Source: Nitrosopumilaceae archaeon (GTDB taxonomy: Archaea > Thermoproteota > Nitrososphaeria > Nitrososphaerales > Nitrosopumilaceae). Taken from it: a stretch of 64,000 nt of DNA. The notes under the pieces are model-generated. The model searched no databases. It worked only from the letters and a program-made list of their open reading frames with translations, and was not told the origin of the DNA. The stretch covers positions 576,001-640,000 of the forward strand of contig CBDBMG010000002.1 in NCBI GenBank assembly GCA_965207375.1. The letters run 5' to 3'. This document shows, in pieces, positions 63,141 to 64,000 of this stretch (position 1 is its first letter; every line of letters begins with the position of its first letter). The translations under genes and the position numbers were made by a program.

Positions 63141-64000
63141 TTTGACCTACAAAATGGCAGAAATTATTGCTCACGTGAAATATGTTGCGTAATTATTGAC
63201 CACGCCCATAAAAGGCAACCCGTCTATAGGTAACATATCAGAGGACAAATTTACAAAAAACTTGCTAATGAGTAACTTTCGTTTAACACCTAACATGTTA
63301 AATATAGGTTTCACGGAAAGTTTCCATAATTATACGAATGGTGCTATTACACCACCAAAACTGGCATCTTGTTGTGAGTTGGTCCGGTGAAGGAGATTAA
63401 TATTTTGTAGGTTGTTTAGACCCTTTTGTGATAAATTATCTGTACATTTTGGAGTGTTCTAAATCACTTAGACCCTTTTCATGTTTACTTAGACCCTTTC
63501 ATGTTTATAAATTTACATGTGTTTTGATTGGTTTAAATAATAAGCAATAACGTGTCAATAGCGTGCCCGTAACTTTGGCTAAGGGTGAGCGTTAAAAAAG
63601 GAAATAATTACCAGGCGATACTATTACTAATTACTCAAGTAATTACTGCTACAATAACTCAAACGGGTCTAAATTAGTTAAACCTCAAAACCTACGTAGG
63701 TTGCAAGAGTTATTTATGTGTTACAAAGTATTTTCAGTGTGTATTTGTTTTTGCATAGATAGCACATGGTTTTGGCTTTACCAGTGTGAATGTAGTAGTA
63801 ACAATGAACCATGTTAGTATCCATAACTCAGTTTAAAATTAACTAATCAACATAAAATTTTGGCGCCCGTTGCGTCTCAAGCGTCTACACATACTTTTAT
63901 CATCAAAAATTCTGTGGTGTGAAGTGTGTTGGTTATATTTAGATGTCCAGGTTAAGTTTTATTCTATTGTTTTAGTACCTCATTCTTATTGTGGTGTGTA

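Larger units (their letters stand above)
59368..63225. mobile_element. Full-length ISL2EU (PIF/Harbinger-related) DNA transposon
   Basis: ~85-bp TIRs AGACGGGTTGCCTTTTAT.GGCGTGGTCAATAATTACGCAAC.. and complement. AT TSD at 59366-59367 and 63226-63227. Two convergent genes. Confidence 0.93.

Overview
AT-rich eukaryotic DNA with many ~45-60 bp GT-AG introns. The element families point to an invertebrate animal, plausibly a demosponge (inference). The window is almost entirely nested transposable elements; no rRNA, tRNA, CRISPR array or convincing intact housekeeping gene was seen. From left to right: (1) An EnSpm/CACTA element whose transposase is split by a full-length MULE (1695-6081, 9-bp TSD) and a truncated hAT, with a divergent accessory gene and a CAGTG end at 10670. 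(2) A piggyBac-like C-terminal remnant followed by 59-bp and 105-bp tandem arrays and a CTGTG end. (3) An AcademH fragment (transposase tail-to-tail with a RecQ helicase) and a matching 10-bp-TSD MITE. (4) Remnants of BEL/Pao, Penelope (one with a hammerhead-ribozyme motif), hAT, LINE, DIRS, Gypsy, Crypton, Helentron-like, P-like, Merlin and pogo elements. (5) A non-autonomous MULE retaining only a C-terminal Zn module. (6) A full-length ISL2EU element (THAP-DDE transposase plus SWIM-YqaJ-PHD gene) with disabling lesions. The main non-TE surprise is a pair of small intronless atypical bHLH ORFs near 39.4 and 42.4 kb. Family assignments come from motif recognition by eye, not database searches.
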